A stretch of 64,000 nt of DNA from an uncultured Verrucomicrobiae bacterium (GTDB lineage: Bacteria > Verrucomicrobiota > Verrucomicrobiia > Chthoniobacterales > Chthoniobacteraceae): positions 416,001-480,000 of the forward strand of contig CAVYKI010000006.1 in NCBI GenBank assembly GCA_963769025.1, read 5' to 3'. The notes beneath the pieces were generated by a model. It was not told the DNA's origin. It made no database searches and saw nothing but the letters and a program-made list of their open reading frames with translations. The position numbers and the translations under genes are program-made. Positions 20,552 through 30,746 of the stretch are shown here, piece by piece (the first letter of the stretch is position 1; each line of letters starts with the position of its first letter).

Positions 20552-20642
20552 GAATGCCCTGAGAAAGTGGTTGCCGAGAGGGCGGGGGATTGCTTTCCTC
20601 CGCACCCTCTTAAAACCAATCTCCTAAACAGCAAATCACAGC

Positions 20643-20747
20643 ATGGGTTCCATCAAGAAGCGCCGTAAGTCCAAAATCAACCGTCACAAACGCAAGAAGC
20701 GGATGAAGCTTAACCGCCACAAGAAGCGTTTGCGGTACAAGAGCTAG
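20643..20747 (+). CDS. small basic protein, bS22/AURKAIP1-COX24 family (absent from the ORF track)
   Basis: MGSIKKRRKSKINRHKRKKRMKLNRHKKRLRYKS*, A/C-rich leader. Confidence 0.85.
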   Translation: MGSIKKRRKSKINRHKRKKRMKLNRHKKRLRYKS

Positions 20748-20764
20748 GCGCTACGGTTTGCGTC

Positions 20765-22681
20765 ATGAGCTGGAGCCGGATTTCCGCAAGTCGCCGTTGG
20801 CGGCGCGGGATTTCCGGGCTGCTGGCGGTTTTGTTCGCCGCGGCGACCGGAGCGGCATTTGCCGCGCCGAAACCGGTTAAGAAACCTACGCCGGTACCCG
20901 TGCCTGCGGGTCAGCGCCCGCCTGCGAAGGACGACCTGTATGAAGGTCCGTCCGCGGCTGCGGCTGCGAAACGTGGGGCACCAAAGCCCGGTGCGGAGAA
21001 TCATCTCAGCGCGCCACTTTCGCCGGGGCCGAAGTACGCGGACGCGTGGCCTTCCGAGAAGCGGAAGCCGGAGCAGGATCTGCAACTCACGCACGAAGGC
21101 GAGAACCGTGCGCAGGCGATCGCGGCGTTTGCCGAAGGCCAGATGGCGGACGAGAAGGGCGACCCCGACAGGGCGCTCGAAGCGTGGAAGCGCGCAACGG
21201 ATCTCGACCCGGCGAATGCCGGACTCGCGGTGAAGGTGGCGACTGAGTTGGCAAAACGGAACGAGCCTGCCGAGGCGATCCGCGTGCTGAAGGATTCCAT
21301 CGCGGCGGCGCCGAAGGAGCCGGCAACCTACATTTACCTCGCGCAGGTGTACGCGAAGCACCTGAACAAGCAGGAACTCGCGATCCAGATGGCGCAGAAA
21401 GCGCTGGAAGTGGCGCCGGATTATTTTGGGGCGTGGGCCGCGCTTTATGAACTGCATGCCCAGTCGGGTGAGAAGGAGAAGGCCTCGGGATTGATCGAGA
21501 AAGGGCTGAAGAGCACGTCGAAGAACCCGGCTTTCTGGCTGATGTTCGGGAGCTACCTGCAGAAGGTTTTCCTGAAGGAGGACGGGACGGCGACGCCGGA
21601 GGAATTGCGGCAGATGGAGGTGGCATTCCGCAAGGCCGCCGAGCTGAAGCCGGGCGATGCGTCGGTGCTCGCGCAGACCGGCGATTTTTTTGTCCTGGCC
21701 AGGAGGAGCAAGGAAGCGCTCGAATTTTACGAGCGCGCGGTGAAGCTGAACCAGCCGGCACGTGACGAAGCCACGAAAAATCTTCGCGAAAAATACATCC
21801 GTGCGCTGGCTGCGAATGACCGCAAGGCCGAGGCGATCCCGCTCCTCGAACAGTTCGCGCGCGACCCGAACGAGGCGCTGCGGCAGGACTTGTTCGAACT
21901 GCTGGGCGAGCTTTACGAGCAGAACGGCGAGACGGACAAGGCGATCGAGCAATACAAGCGCTCGCTCGTGCTGGACGCGGGGGAGCCGCGGAATCACTTC
22001 AATCTCGCCAACATGCAGCTCCGCGCGAAGCGGGGCGGTGACGCGGTGGAGACGATGGAGAAGGCGCGGCGGAAATTTCCGGACCGCCCCGACGTGACGC
22101 TCGGGCTCGCGCTCGCATTGAGCGCGGCGAAGCGGCACGCCGATGCGATGAGGATGTTCGCGAATGTGGTCGAGGAGGCGAAGGGCCGGAACGAGGGGCT
22201 GATCGACGGCGAGTTTTATTTCAAGTGGGGCGCTGCTGCCGAGCAGGCGGGGCAGGTGGACAAGGCCGCCGAGCTTTTGCGGAAAAGCATTTCGCTGAAT
22301 CCCGAGGCGCCCGAGGCCTACAATTACCTCGGTTACATGTGGGTGGACCGCGGCCAGAACGTCGAGGAGGCGGGACAACTCATCCGCAAGGCGCTGGAGA
22401 TCAGCCCGGACAACGGCGCATATCTGGACTCGCTCGGCTGGTATTATTTCAAGGCGGGAAAATTCGAACAGGCGAAGAAGGAACTGCTCACCGCGCTTGA
22501 GAAGCTGACCGAGGAGGATGCAGTGGTGTTTGATCATCTGGCCGACGCCTGCGAGCAACTGGGTCACCACGCGGAGGCGATCAAGTACTGGGAGCGCGCG
22601 CTGAAGCTCAAGCCCGACGAACCGGAGAAGATCGAGCGGAAGTTGGAAGCTGCGAAGCAGAAGCAGGCCCCGGGCAAGTAG
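20765..22681 (+). CDS. secreted tetratricopeptide repeat protein
   Basis: Many TPRs; AYNYLGYMW..ALEISPDNGAYLDSLGWYYFK. Confidence 0.9.
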   Translation: MSWSRISASRRWRRGISGLLAVLFAAATGAAFAAPKPVKKPTPVPVPAGQRPPAKDDLYEGPSAAAAAKRGAPKPGAENHLSAPLSPGPKYADAWPSEKRKPEQDLQLTHEGENRAQAIAAFAEGQMADEKGDPDRALEAWKRATDLDPANAGLAVKVATELAKRNEPAEAIRVLKDSIAAAPKEPATYIYLAQVYAKHLNKQELAIQMAQKALEVAPDYFGAWAALYELHAQSGEKEKASGLIEKGLKSTSKNPAFWLMFGSYLQKVFLKEDGTATPEELRQMEVAFRKAAELKPGDASVLAQTGDFFVLARRSKEALEFYERAVKLNQPARDEATKNLREKYIRALAANDRKAEAIPLLEQFARDPNEALRQDLFELLGELYEQNGETDKAIEQYKRSLVLDAGEPRNHFNLANMQLRAKRGGDAVETMEKARRKFPDRPDVTLGLALALSAAKRHADAMRMFANVVEEAKGRNEGLIDGEFYFKWGAAAEQAGQVDKAAELLRKSISLNPEAPEAYNYLGYMWVDRGQNVEEAGQLIRKALEISPDNGAYLDSLGWYYFKAGKFEQAKKELLTALEKLTEEDAVVFDHLADACEQLGHHAEAIKYWERALKLKPDEPEKIERKLEAAKQKQAPGK

Positions 22682-22903
22682 GCGCTTTCGCGAGGTGGAA
22701 CGTCTCGGCAGCGTGCAGCGGGCTTTTTTTAGACGCGCTGGAACGCGTGGCAGAGCACCGGCGGGGCGTGCTAGCGTACTGCTCCTGGCGCTGGATGCGC
22801 CGGAGCAGCCGAAGCAACGGAAGTGAAACGGACCGCCGCGCTGTGATTCGCACCAATCGCGCTGAGTTCTGCGCTCGCGATGGAAAAATCACTCAATTTG
22901 GTT

Positions 22904-22938
22904 TTGACAGGTGGAGGTGGGTTGCTAGGTTGCGCGCC
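22904..22938 (+). promoter_or_regulatory. putative sigma70 promoter of the tRNA-Thr-tuf operon
   Basis: TTGACA at 22904, extended -10 TGcTAGGTT, GC-rich discriminator. Confidence 0.55.
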
Positions 22939-23068
22939 CGCTTTTTGGAAAAGAAGCAGCAGAAAATTCCCAACTCGGTCCGGCGGTCACCCGTCAGTTC
23001 GGGGCGGGGGTTTTCGCTTTTTTTTCCAATGCGGATCGGCCAAAAGCCGGAACCTGTTCTTTGCATTC

Positions 23069-23144
23069 GCCTCAGTAGCTCAGTTGGTAGAGCACGTCCT
23101 TGGTAAGGACGAGGTCATCGGTTCAATCCCGATCTGAGGCTCCA
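23069..23144 (+). tRNA. tRNA-Thr(GGT)
   Basis: GCCTCAGTAGCTCAGTTGGTAGAG..CGTCC-TTGGTAA-GGACG..GGTTCAATCC..CTGAGGCTCCA. Confidence 0.97.
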
Positions 23145-23209
23145 TGCCTCCGGCAGGCACCCATTCATAAAAATCCACAACAACAAACAACCACACACAC
23201 CTAACCACC

Positions 23210-24409
23210 ATGGCAAAGGAATCATTCAAGCGCGAAAAACCGCACATGAACGTCGGCACGATCGGCCACGTCGATCACGGCAAGTCCACGCTCGACCGCT
23301 GCGATCGTCCACGTCCAGTCGCTCAAGGGTCTCGCGACCCCGATCAGCTACGCCGACATCACCAAGGGCGGCACCGTCCGTGACGACACCAAGACCGTCA
23401 CCATCGCCGTCTCGCACGTCGAGTACAGCAGCGAAGCCCGCCATTACGCGCACGTCGACTGCCCCGGGCACGCCGACTACGTGAAGAACATGATCACCGG
23501 CGCCGCGCAGATGGACGGTGCGATCCTCGTCGTGTCCGCCGCGGACGGCCCGATGCCGCAGACCCGCGAGCACATCCTCCTCGCCCGCCAGGTCGGCGTG
23601 CCTGCGATCGTCGTCTTCCTGAACAAGGTGGACCTCGTCGAGGACACGGACCTTCTCGAACTCGTCGAGATGGAAATCCGCGACCTGCTCACGAAGTACG
23701 AATTCCCCGGCGACAAGACGCCGATCGTCAAGGGTTCGGCCTCCAAGGCCCTCGCCTGCGGCGATGCGAAGCACGCGGACGCGAACTGCATCGGCGAACT
23801 GCTCGAGGCCGTGGACGCGTTCATCCCGCTCCCCGAGCGCCCGATCGATCAGCCGTTCCTGATGCCCGTCGAGGACGTGTTCAACATTGAAGGTCGTGGC
23901 ACCGTCGTCACCGGCCGTGTCGAGCGCGGCATCCTCAAGAAGATGGAGGAAGTCGAAATCATCGGCATCCGCGACACGCAGAAGACCACCGTCACCGACA
24001 TCGAAATGTTCCGCAAGCTCCTCGACGAGGCGCGCGCAGGTGACAACGTCGGCGTGCTGCTCCGCGGCATCAAGAAGACCGACGTCGAGCGCGGCCAGGT
24101 CTCGCCAAGCCCGGTTCGGTGAAGCCGCACAAGAAGTTCAAGGCCGAGATCTACGTCCTCTCCAAGGACGAGGGTGGCCGTCACACGCCGTTCTTCTCGA
24201 ACTACCGCCCGCAATTCTATTTCCGCACGACGGACGTGACCGGCTCGGTCACGCTCCCGACCGGCGTCGAAATGGTCATGCCCGGCGACAACGTGAGCAT
24301 CGAGGTCGAACTCATCTGCCCCGTGGCGATGGAAAAGACGATGCGCTTCGCCATCCGCGAGGGCGGCAAGACCGTCGGCGCAGGCCGCGTCACCGACATC
24401 ATCGCCTAA
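23210..24409 (+). CDS. tuf: elongation factor Tu (apparent indels near 23294 and 24101)
   Basis: [65 protein letters not shown]. Confidence 0.97.
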
Positions 24410-24430
24410 CGAAACCATTTGCCGATTCAC

Positions 24431-24464
24431 GCGCGGGGTGGAGAGTCCCTCCACCTCGCGCTTT
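24431..24464 (+). terminator. GC-rich hairpin after tuf (terminator or processing stem)
   Basis: GCGCGGGGTGGAG-loop-CTCCACCTCGCGC followed by TTT. Confidence 0.5.
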
Positions 24465-24476
24465 CGGCTCAGAGAT

Positions 24477-24553
24477 ACGGCGAGTAACTCAATTGGTAGA
24501 GTAGCGGTCTCCAAAACCGCCTGTTGGGGGTTCGAGTCCCTCCTCCCGTGCCA
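24477..24553 (+). tRNA. tRNA-Trp(CCA)
   Basis: GCGGT-CTCCAAA-ACCGC anticodon arm, GGTTCGAGTCC, 3' CCA; usual position before secE; one extra C in the acceptor stem. Confidence 0.93.
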
Positions 24554-24571
24554 CCCTGACAGCCAAAGCCC

Positions 24572-24784
24572 ATGTTCGCAAAGACCACCAATTTCATCCG
24601 CGAGGTTAAGACCGAGCTCCAAAAGGCGACGTGGCCTTGGGACCCGAAGGAAAAAGCCTTCGGGGCCAAGTACAAGGAACTCATCGATTCCACCATCGTG
24701 GTCATCATCGCGATGCTTATGCTCGCAGCCATCGTGACGGTTTTTGACTTTGCGCTGATGCAGATCAGCCGCCTCCTTTTCTAA
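24572..24784 (+). CDS. secE: preprotein translocase subunit SecE
   Basis: [15 protein letters not shown], one TM helix, synteny. Confidence 0.92.
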   Translation: MFAKTTNFIREVKTELQKATWPWDPKEKAFGAKYKELIDSTIVVIIAMLMLAAIVTVFDFALMQISRLLF

Positions 24785-24794
24785 ATTTATACCC

Positions 24795-25364
24795 ATGACC
24801 GAAGAGCAAAAACGCAAGCAGTGGTATGTCGTCCACGTCCTCTCCGGACAGGAGAAGAAGGTGCACGACAACCTCGTGAAGCGCATCAAAACGGAGGAAA
24901 TGGGCGACTACGTCTACGAGGTCCTGCTGCCCACCGAGCGCGTCTCCGAGGTGAAGCGCGGCAAGAAGACCGAGACCACGCGCAAATTCTTCCCCGGCTA
25001 CATCGTCATGAACATGTGGCTCATCGACGAGAACAAGCAGCTCGTGGACAAGACGTGGTATTTCATCAAGGACACCGCCGGCGTCCTCGGTTTTGCCGGC
25101 ACGAAGGATCGTCCGATCCCGATGCTGCAGAAGGAAGTGGACGCCATGCTCGCGCAGGTCCGCGCCAGCGAGGAAAAGGCCCGCCCGAAGGTCGAATTCA
25201 CGGTCGGCGAGATCGTGAAGGTCGCCGACGGCCCATTCCAGAACCAGACCGGCGTCGTCGAAGAAATCGACCCCGAGCGCGGCAAGCTGCGCGTCAGCGT
25301 CAGCATCTTCGGCCGCGAGACCCCCGTGGACCTCGAATACTGGCAGGTCGAACGCAACGCATAA
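24795..25364 (+). CDS. nusG: transcription factor NusG
   Basis: [23 protein letters not shown] motif [16 protein letters not shown]. Confidence 0.97.
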   Translation: MTEEQKRKQWYVVHVLSGQEKKVHDNLVKRIKTEEMGDYVYEVLLPTERVSEVKRGKKTETTRKFFPGYIVMNMWLIDENKQLVDKTWYFIKDTAGVLGFAGTKDRPIPMLQKEVDAMLAQVRASEEKARPKVEFTVGEIVKVADGPFQNQTGVVEEIDPERGKLRVSVSIFGRETPVDLEYWQVERNA

Positions 25365-25431
25365 CTTTACGCACTGATCCCAAAACCCGGGCGCTGAAGC
25401 CTCTCTTCGCCCACCAAAAAACACACTCACC

Positions 25432-25858
25432 ATGGCAAAAGAAATCGTCGGTTCAAATCAAACTCCAGATCCCAGCAGGCGCCGCCAACCCCGCACCGCC
25501 GATCGGCCCCGCGCTCGGTCAGCAGGGCGTGAACATCATGGCCTTCTGCAAGGAGTTCAACGCACGCACGGCCAAGCAATCCGGGGACATCCTCCCGGTC
25601 GTCATCACCGTCTTCAAGGACAAGAGCTTCACCTTCATCACCAAGCAGCCCCCGGCGAGCTCGCTGATCAAGAAAGCGCTCAACCTCGCCAGCGGCTCGA
25701 AGGAGCCGAACAAGGTGAAGGTCGGCAAGCTGACCAAGAAGCAGGTCGAGGAAATCGCCAAACGCAAGATGCCCGACCTCAACGCCCGCACCACGGCAGC
25801 CGCGATGAAGATCATCGCCGGCACCGCGCGCCAGATGGGCGTGGAGGTCGAAGCCTAA
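25432..25858 (+). CDS. rplK: 50S ribosomal protein L11 (apparent indel near 25452)
   Basis: [42 protein letters not shown]. Confidence 0.96.
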
Positions 25859-25881
25859 GCGCGAGCGGCCAGACAATCTCG

Positions 25882-25915
25882 AAGGGGGCGGACGAAAGTC
25901 CGCCCCTTTTCGTTT
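25882..25915 (+). terminator. rho-independent terminator after rplK
   Basis: GGGGCGGAC-GAAA-GTCCGCCCC followed by TTTTCGTTT. Confidence 0.85.
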
Positions 25916-26088
25916 ATCAGGTGGGTAGAAGGAACAGCGGGCGCAACTATCAATCCGAGGCTGCTTCCCGTCTGCGGTGGGTGAAATACTATGCAGTGCT
26001 GGCTTGTCTTTTCGGGTTGCGAGTTGCATTTTCGCGATGCCGTATCCGGTGCGTCGGCATCGTGCTGTTTCCATATTCGCCATCTCCC

Positions 26089-29000
26089 ATGCCGAACGAC
26101 CATTCACCCGTGCCCAAGGACTTCAAAGGGGTCATGGTCTCGAGCACGTTCACGGATGTGGAGGATCACCGTGCGGCGCTGATCAAGATCATCAAGGCCC
26201 ATGGGTTGACCGAATTGGCGATGGAGAATGATTCGGCGAAGCCCGATGTCGATGTCATCGAGTCCTCGCTTGGCATGGTCCGGGATGGCGCTGCCTACAT
26301 CGGGATAATCGCAAAGAAATACGGCCAAACGCCCAAGTGCCCGAAGCGCAACTCGGGAAAGGTTTCGATCACCGAATTGGAGTTCGACGAAGCCCAACGG
26401 CTCGATCGGCCCATTCTGCTCTTCATCATGGGAGAAAAGCACCTCGTGCTCGAATCCCAGATCGAGACCAAGGCGGCGAACAAGAGGAAGCTGAACGCCT
26501 TCCGTGAGCGCGCGAAGCAGATGGGGCCGGATTCGGAGGTCCACCGGGTTTACGCCACTTTCAATAGCCTGGAGGAGTTCAAGGAGAAGGCTGCGCAGTC
26601 CGTCGCCGAGTTGCGTCGCTACCTCGACGAGCAGGACGACGCTGAGTCCAAAGCCGACGACATCCCCGACGAGGAGAAGAAAGCCGAGAAACGCGATCCC
26701 GACCCGATCCCGAAGCCGCCCGCATTCTACGCTGAGCCGGCATACCTCGGTTCACACGAGTTCGTCGGGCGGAGGGATCAGTTGGAGACTTTGAATGAAT
26801 GGGCGCTGCCGGCGGACTCGCATCCGGTGCTGCTCTTTGAAGCCATCGGCGGCACGGGCAAGAGCATGCTCACGTGGGAGTGGGTGCGGAAACACGCTCC
26901 CGCGGTGCAGCCGTGGGCGGGGCGCTTCTGGTATTCCTTTTACGAGCGCGGGGCCATCATGGCCGACTTCTGCCAGCGGGCGCTCGCCTACATGACCGGC
27001 CAGCCGCTGGAGGAGTTGCGGAAAAAGAAGACCACCGAACTCGCCCCGCAGCTCCTGCATCAGCTCCAGGCCCGGCCGTGGCTGCTCGTCCTCGATGGCC
27101 TCGAACGCGTGCTCGTGGCCTACCACCGCATCGATGCCGCGCAACTCCGCGACGAGGAAGCGGGCCAGACCGACGAGATCGCCCAGCGCGATGTCTGCGC
27201 CGCCATCCGCCCGGAGGACGACGAACTCCTGCGGCAGCTCGCCGCCGCCGCGCCGTCGAAGCTCCTGCTCACCTCCCGGCTCATTCCCCGCGTGCTGTTG
27301 AATAAAGCCAGCCAGCCCATCCCCGGCGTGCAACGCGTGCCGCTGCCCGGCCTGCGCCCCACCGACGCCGAGGCGCTCTTCGGCGCCTGCGGAGTCACCG
27401 GCGACTCGACCGCCATCCAAGCCTACCTCAAAACGCACTGCGATTGCCACCCGCTCACGATCGGCGTGCTGGCGGGGCTGGTGAAAGACTACCTGCCCGA
27501 CCGCGGAAACTTCGACCGCTGGTCCGCCGACCCCGACGGCGGCGGCCGGCTCAACCTCGCCGAGCTCGATCTCGTCCAAAAGCGCAACCACATCCTGCTC
27601 GCCGCCATCGCCGCGCTGAGCCCGGAAAGCCGCCAGCTCCTGTCAATGGTCGCGCTGCTCTCGGAGGCCGTGGATTACGAAACGCTCAAAGCTCTCAACC
27701 CGCACCTGCCGCCGGAGATCAAGAGGGTATCGGTACCGAAGAAGCCGGAAGACCACTGGCGCTGGAGAATCATGTCCGAAGAGGAAAAAGAGGAGACGAA
27801 GAAGCCATTTGAAACCTCCCTCCAGCGTCGGGCGAAGTATGAGCAGGCGATGGAGGCGCGGCTTCGATCGCCGAAGTTCCTTGCCGCGACGAAGCATCTG
27901 GCGGCGACGATCAAGGACCTCGAAAGCCGCGGCCTGCTGCAATACGACCCGCAGGCAAAGCACTACGACCTCCATCCCGTGGTACGTGGCGTCGCCACGG
28001 GGCAACTCGCGCAGACTGAAAAACAAACCTATGGCCAACGAGTCGTGGATTACTTCTCCTCGAGGCCGCACATTCCGTACGAGAAGACCGAGACGCTTCG
28101 GGATTTGAGCGACGCCCTGCACGTCGTACGCACCCTCGTTCAAATGGGACACTTTCAGGAGGCGTGTGACGCCTATCGAGGTGGCCTTGCGCGTGCGCTC
28201 CTTTTTAATTTGGAAGCGAATGTCGAGGTTGTGGCGTTACTCCGTCCTTTCTTTCCGGCCGGGTGGAACAATCTGCCGCAGCAGATGACTGAGGACGACG
28301 CTGCGTATCTGACGAACGACGCCGCAATCGCGTTGGGCAGACTTGATCAACAATCTGCAGAACTTCTTTGCTATGAAACTGCCATCCGATCGGCTCTGAA
28401 GCGCAAAGATTGGCAACCAGTCTCGGTATACCTGCGGAATTTTTCGGTGACTTACTTTCAGAAAGGCGAACTCGCGAAGGCCGATCGTTACGTGCGATTC
28501 GGGTTGGATCTCGCGCGCCTAACTGATGATGAGGATGAGGTTTTCATGACTCGCTTGCATCTCTTCGAGCAGCTTTCCCATCGGGGTCGTCTGGAAGATG
28601 CCGAGGACGTGTGGCGGTCTCTCGAAAGAATGGGCCTTGATCGCCCCCGTGCGACCTACCGTCGCGACTATGCTGAATTTCACCACGCCTACTCTCGATT
28701 TGAACAAGGTACCTTACGGGAAGACGATCTCGCCGAGACCGAGGGATTGGCTGCCAAGGGCCGGACCCGGCAACTCATCCGGTGGTTGCGGCGGCTCCGA
28801 GGCGAATGGCTAATTCAACGAGGATCATGGGAGCCGGCGGTCGAGAGTCTGCGTGAATCCGTCCAGATGGCCCGCGAAGTCGGGCAGGAAGATCCCCTTG
28901 CTGAGACGCTGCTCGCACTTGCGAAGCTCCAGTTCGGTCAGCTTGCTGAACCACGCCAAGACGCGGAGCAGCTCGGAAACGCATCCTGGATCGCGCGACT

Positions 29001-29331
29001 CGCACTCGCTGAGCTTTGGCTCGCCATCGGAGACCGAGATCAGGCGAAGAAGTATGCGCTCGCTGCTTACCAGCGGGCATGGCACGAAGGAGAGCCGTTC
29101 GTAGATCGCAACCGATTGAACAAATCCCGCGCGCTGCTGGAGCAACTCGGGGCGGAGATTCCGAAGCTGCCGCCTTACGACCCGGCCAAAGATGAAAAGC
29201 TGCCGTGGGAGGATGCTGTGGTGGTCGCCATCGAAGTACTCCGTGCCAAGAAAGCCGCCGAAGCCGCGAAGGAAGCCGCCAAGCCAAAACCAGCAGCCGC
29301 ACCCGAAAAGCCAACCGGCACCGCCCGATGA
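26089..29331 (+). CDS. DUF4062 + STAND P-loop NTPase + helical-repeat (TPR-like) protein, NLR-like
   Basis: VMVSSTFTD..HR..YIGII..YG..SITELEFDEA (DUF4062); FVGR, AIGGTGKS (Walker A), LLVLDGLE (Walker B), LTSR, CHPL, YDLHPVVR; helical C-terminus. Confidence 0.85.
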   Translation: MPNDHSPVPKDFKGVMVSSTFTDVEDHRAALIKIIKAHGLTELAMENDSAKPDVDVIESSLGMVRDGAAYIGIIAKKYGQTPKCPKRNSGKVSITELEFDEAQRLDRPILLFIMGEKHLVLESQIETKAANKRKLNAFRERAKQMGPDSEVHRVYATFNSLEEFKEKAAQSVAELRRYLDEQDDAESKADDIPDEEKKAEKRDPDPIPKPPAFYAEPAYLGSHEFVGRRDQLETLNEWALPADSHPVLLFEAIGGTGKSMLTWEWVRKHAPAVQPWAGRFWYSFYERGAIMADFCQRALAYMTGQPLEELRKKKTTELAPQLLHQLQARPWLLVLDGLERVLVAYHRIDAAQLRDEEAGQTDEIAQRDVCAAIRPEDDELLRQLAAAAPSKLLLTSRLIPRVLLNKASQPIPGVQRVPLPGLRPTDAEALFGACGVTGDSTAIQAYLKTHCDCHPLTIGVLAGLVKDYLPDRGNFDRWSADPDGGGRLNLAELDLVQKRNHILLAAIAALSPESRQLLSMVALLSEAVDYETLKALNPHLPPEIKRVSVPKKPEDHWRWRIMSEEEKEETKKPFETSLQRRAKYEQAMEARLRSPKFLAATKHLAATIKDLESRGLLQYDPQAKHYDLHPVVRGVATGQLAQTEKQTYGQRVVDYFSSRPHIPYEKTETLRDLSDALHVVRTLVQMGHFQEACDAYRGGLARALLFNLEANVEVVALLRPFFPAGWNNLPQQMTEDDAAYLTNDAAIALGRLDQQSAELLCYETAIRSALKRKDWQPVSVYLRNFSVTYFQKGELAKADRYVRFGLDLARLTDDEDEVFMTRLHLFEQLSHRGRLEDAEDVWRSLERMGLDRPRATYRRDYAEFHHAYSRFEQGTLREDDLAETEGLAAKGRTRQLIRWLRRLRGEWLIQRGSWEPAVESLRESVQMAREVGQEDPLAETLLALAKLQFGQLAEPRQDAEQLGNASWIARLALAELWLAIGDRDQAKKYALAAYQRAWHEGEPFVDRNRLNKSRALLEQLGAEIPKLPPYDPAKDEKLPWEDAVVVAIEVLRAKKAAEAAKEAAKPKPAAAPEKPTGTAR

Positions 29332-29381
29332 CGCAGCAAGAAATGCGGCTCGACTGCGAGAAGCGATTCTACGTTACACCC

Positions 29382-30683
29382 ATGCGCGCCGCATTTCTCC
29401 TCCCGCTCCTGCTCGTGATGGCTTGCGATGGGATGTGCGCGGAGGAGGGGAGGGTGCGTCCGCTGATGAAGGATTTCATCGGGCTCAATGTCCACACGGT
29501 GCAGTTCAAGCCGGAGCTGTATGCGCCGGTCACGCGGGTGCTGCGGAATTATCATCCGATCAAATGGGACTTCGGCGAGGACACTTCCGCGGCGTCGACT
29601 TTCCCGTTCGCCAGAAACCGCGTGAACTGGGCGCAGCTCTACGGAAGCTGGAAGAAGGCGGGATACCGCACGCACGCTTCGCTGATGTTCGACGACATCG
29701 CGCCCGGTGCGTGGAAGGACATCGCGCGCGATGCGAAGGCGTACGGGCTCGCGTTTGCAAAGGCGTTCGGCCCGTCCGCGAAGGAGCCGCTGCTCGAAGC
29801 GGTGGAGATCGGGAATGAGCCGGGGAAGTATGACGACGCGACTTACCGGCGGCTGTTCGAGGCGATGGCGCGCGGAATCCGCGCGGGCGATCCCGCGCTG
29901 CGCATCGCGACGTGCGCGGCGAATCTCGGGCCGAGCGGACGCTACTCGAAGAGCGTGGACGTTCTCAGCGGACTCGAAAGCCTGTGGGACATCCTCAACG
30001 TCCACTTTTACGCCGAGACCGAGCCTTGGCCGACATGGCGGCGCAGCTATCCGGAGGATCCGGCGACGAAGTTTGCGGAGAACGTGGGCCACGTGCTGAA
30101 ATGGCGCGGGGAGCACGCGCCGACGAAGGAGGTGTGGGTGACGGAATTCGGCTACGATGCTTCGACGAAGCCGGCGCCGGCGACGGGGGATTTTGCAAAA
30201 TGGGAGGGGAGCACCGAGGAGCAGCAGGCGGTGTGGACCGTGCGATCCTTCCTGCTGCTCGCGCGGCTCGGCGTGGATCGCGCGTACCTCTATTTTTTCA
30301 ACGACAGCGATGTGCCGCACCTCCACGGCAGCAGCGGCATCACGCGGAATTTTGTGCCGAAGCCCGCGTTCCACGCGCTCGCGTGGCTGCAGCGCTCGCT
30401 CGGCGAATACCGTTTCGCGCGGGTGGATCGCGAGGAGGGCGATTGTTACGCGTACGAGTTTGTCCACGGCGCGCAGCCTGGGAAGCGGGCGTGGGTCGTG
30501 TGGCGTCCCGTCGGCGAGCCGCATGTGGTGCGGCTTTTCAACGATCCGCTGCGTGTGGTCCGCGCCGAGCGCATGCCGCTGGTCGCCGGGGAAGCGGAGA
30601 AGGTGGACGTGCGCCAGGAAATCGAGGGCTACATGGCGGTGGAGGCCGCGGAACGCCCGGTGATCATCTGGCTGGAAAGGTAG
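29382..30683 (+). CDS. secreted clan GH-A glycoside hydrolase-like protein
   Basis: EIGNEP (acid/base), NVHFY, WVTEFGY (nucleophile), PKPAF; signal peptide. Confidence 0.75.
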   Translation: MRAAFLLPLLLVMACDGMCAEEGRVRPLMKDFIGLNVHTVQFKPELYAPVTRVLRNYHPIKWDFGEDTSAASTFPFARNRVNWAQLYGSWKKAGYRTHASLMFDDIAPGAWKDIARDAKAYGLAFAKAFGPSAKEPLLEAVEIGNEPGKYDDATYRRLFEAMARGIRAGDPALRIATCAANLGPSGRYSKSVDVLSGLESLWDILNVHFYAETEPWPTWRRSYPEDPATKFAENVGHVLKWRGEHAPTKEVWVTEFGYDASTKPAPATGDFAKWEGSTEEQQAVWTVRSFLLLARLGVDRAYLYFFNDSDVPHLHGSSGITRNFVPKPAFHALAWLQRSLGEYRFARVDREEGDCYAYEFVHGAQPGKRAWVVWRPVGEPHVVRLFNDPLRVVRAERMPLVAGEAEKVDVRQEIEGYMAVEAAERPVIIWLER

Positions 30684-30740
30684 GGCGCGTTCGCCGAACG
30701 CGGCCCAATTCGCGGGACGGCTCGGCGAGCCGTCCCTACC
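30679..30740. repeat. GTAG-type REP doublet (REPIN-like), copy 1
   Basis: GGTAGGGCGCGTTCGCCGAACGCG..GGGACGGCTCGGCGAGCCGTCCCTACC; near-identical copy at 53082. Confidence 0.8.
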
Positions 30741-30746
30741 GGGCGG

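Noticed and set aside
23210..25858. Frameshifts in tuf and rplK, and an extra base in the tRNA-Trp acceptor stem, as pseudogenes or programmed frameshifting
   Set aside because: These are essential genes with otherwise intact sequence, and similar single-base indels recur near 9650, 15150-15770, 31055, 46200-49940 and 63293. Long-read consensus error is the simplest explanation.
25432..29331. 1299-aa ORF as an L11-NLR fusion
   Set aside because: Artefact of the rplK indel. A terminator lies at 25882-25915 and the recognisable protein begins at ATG 26089.
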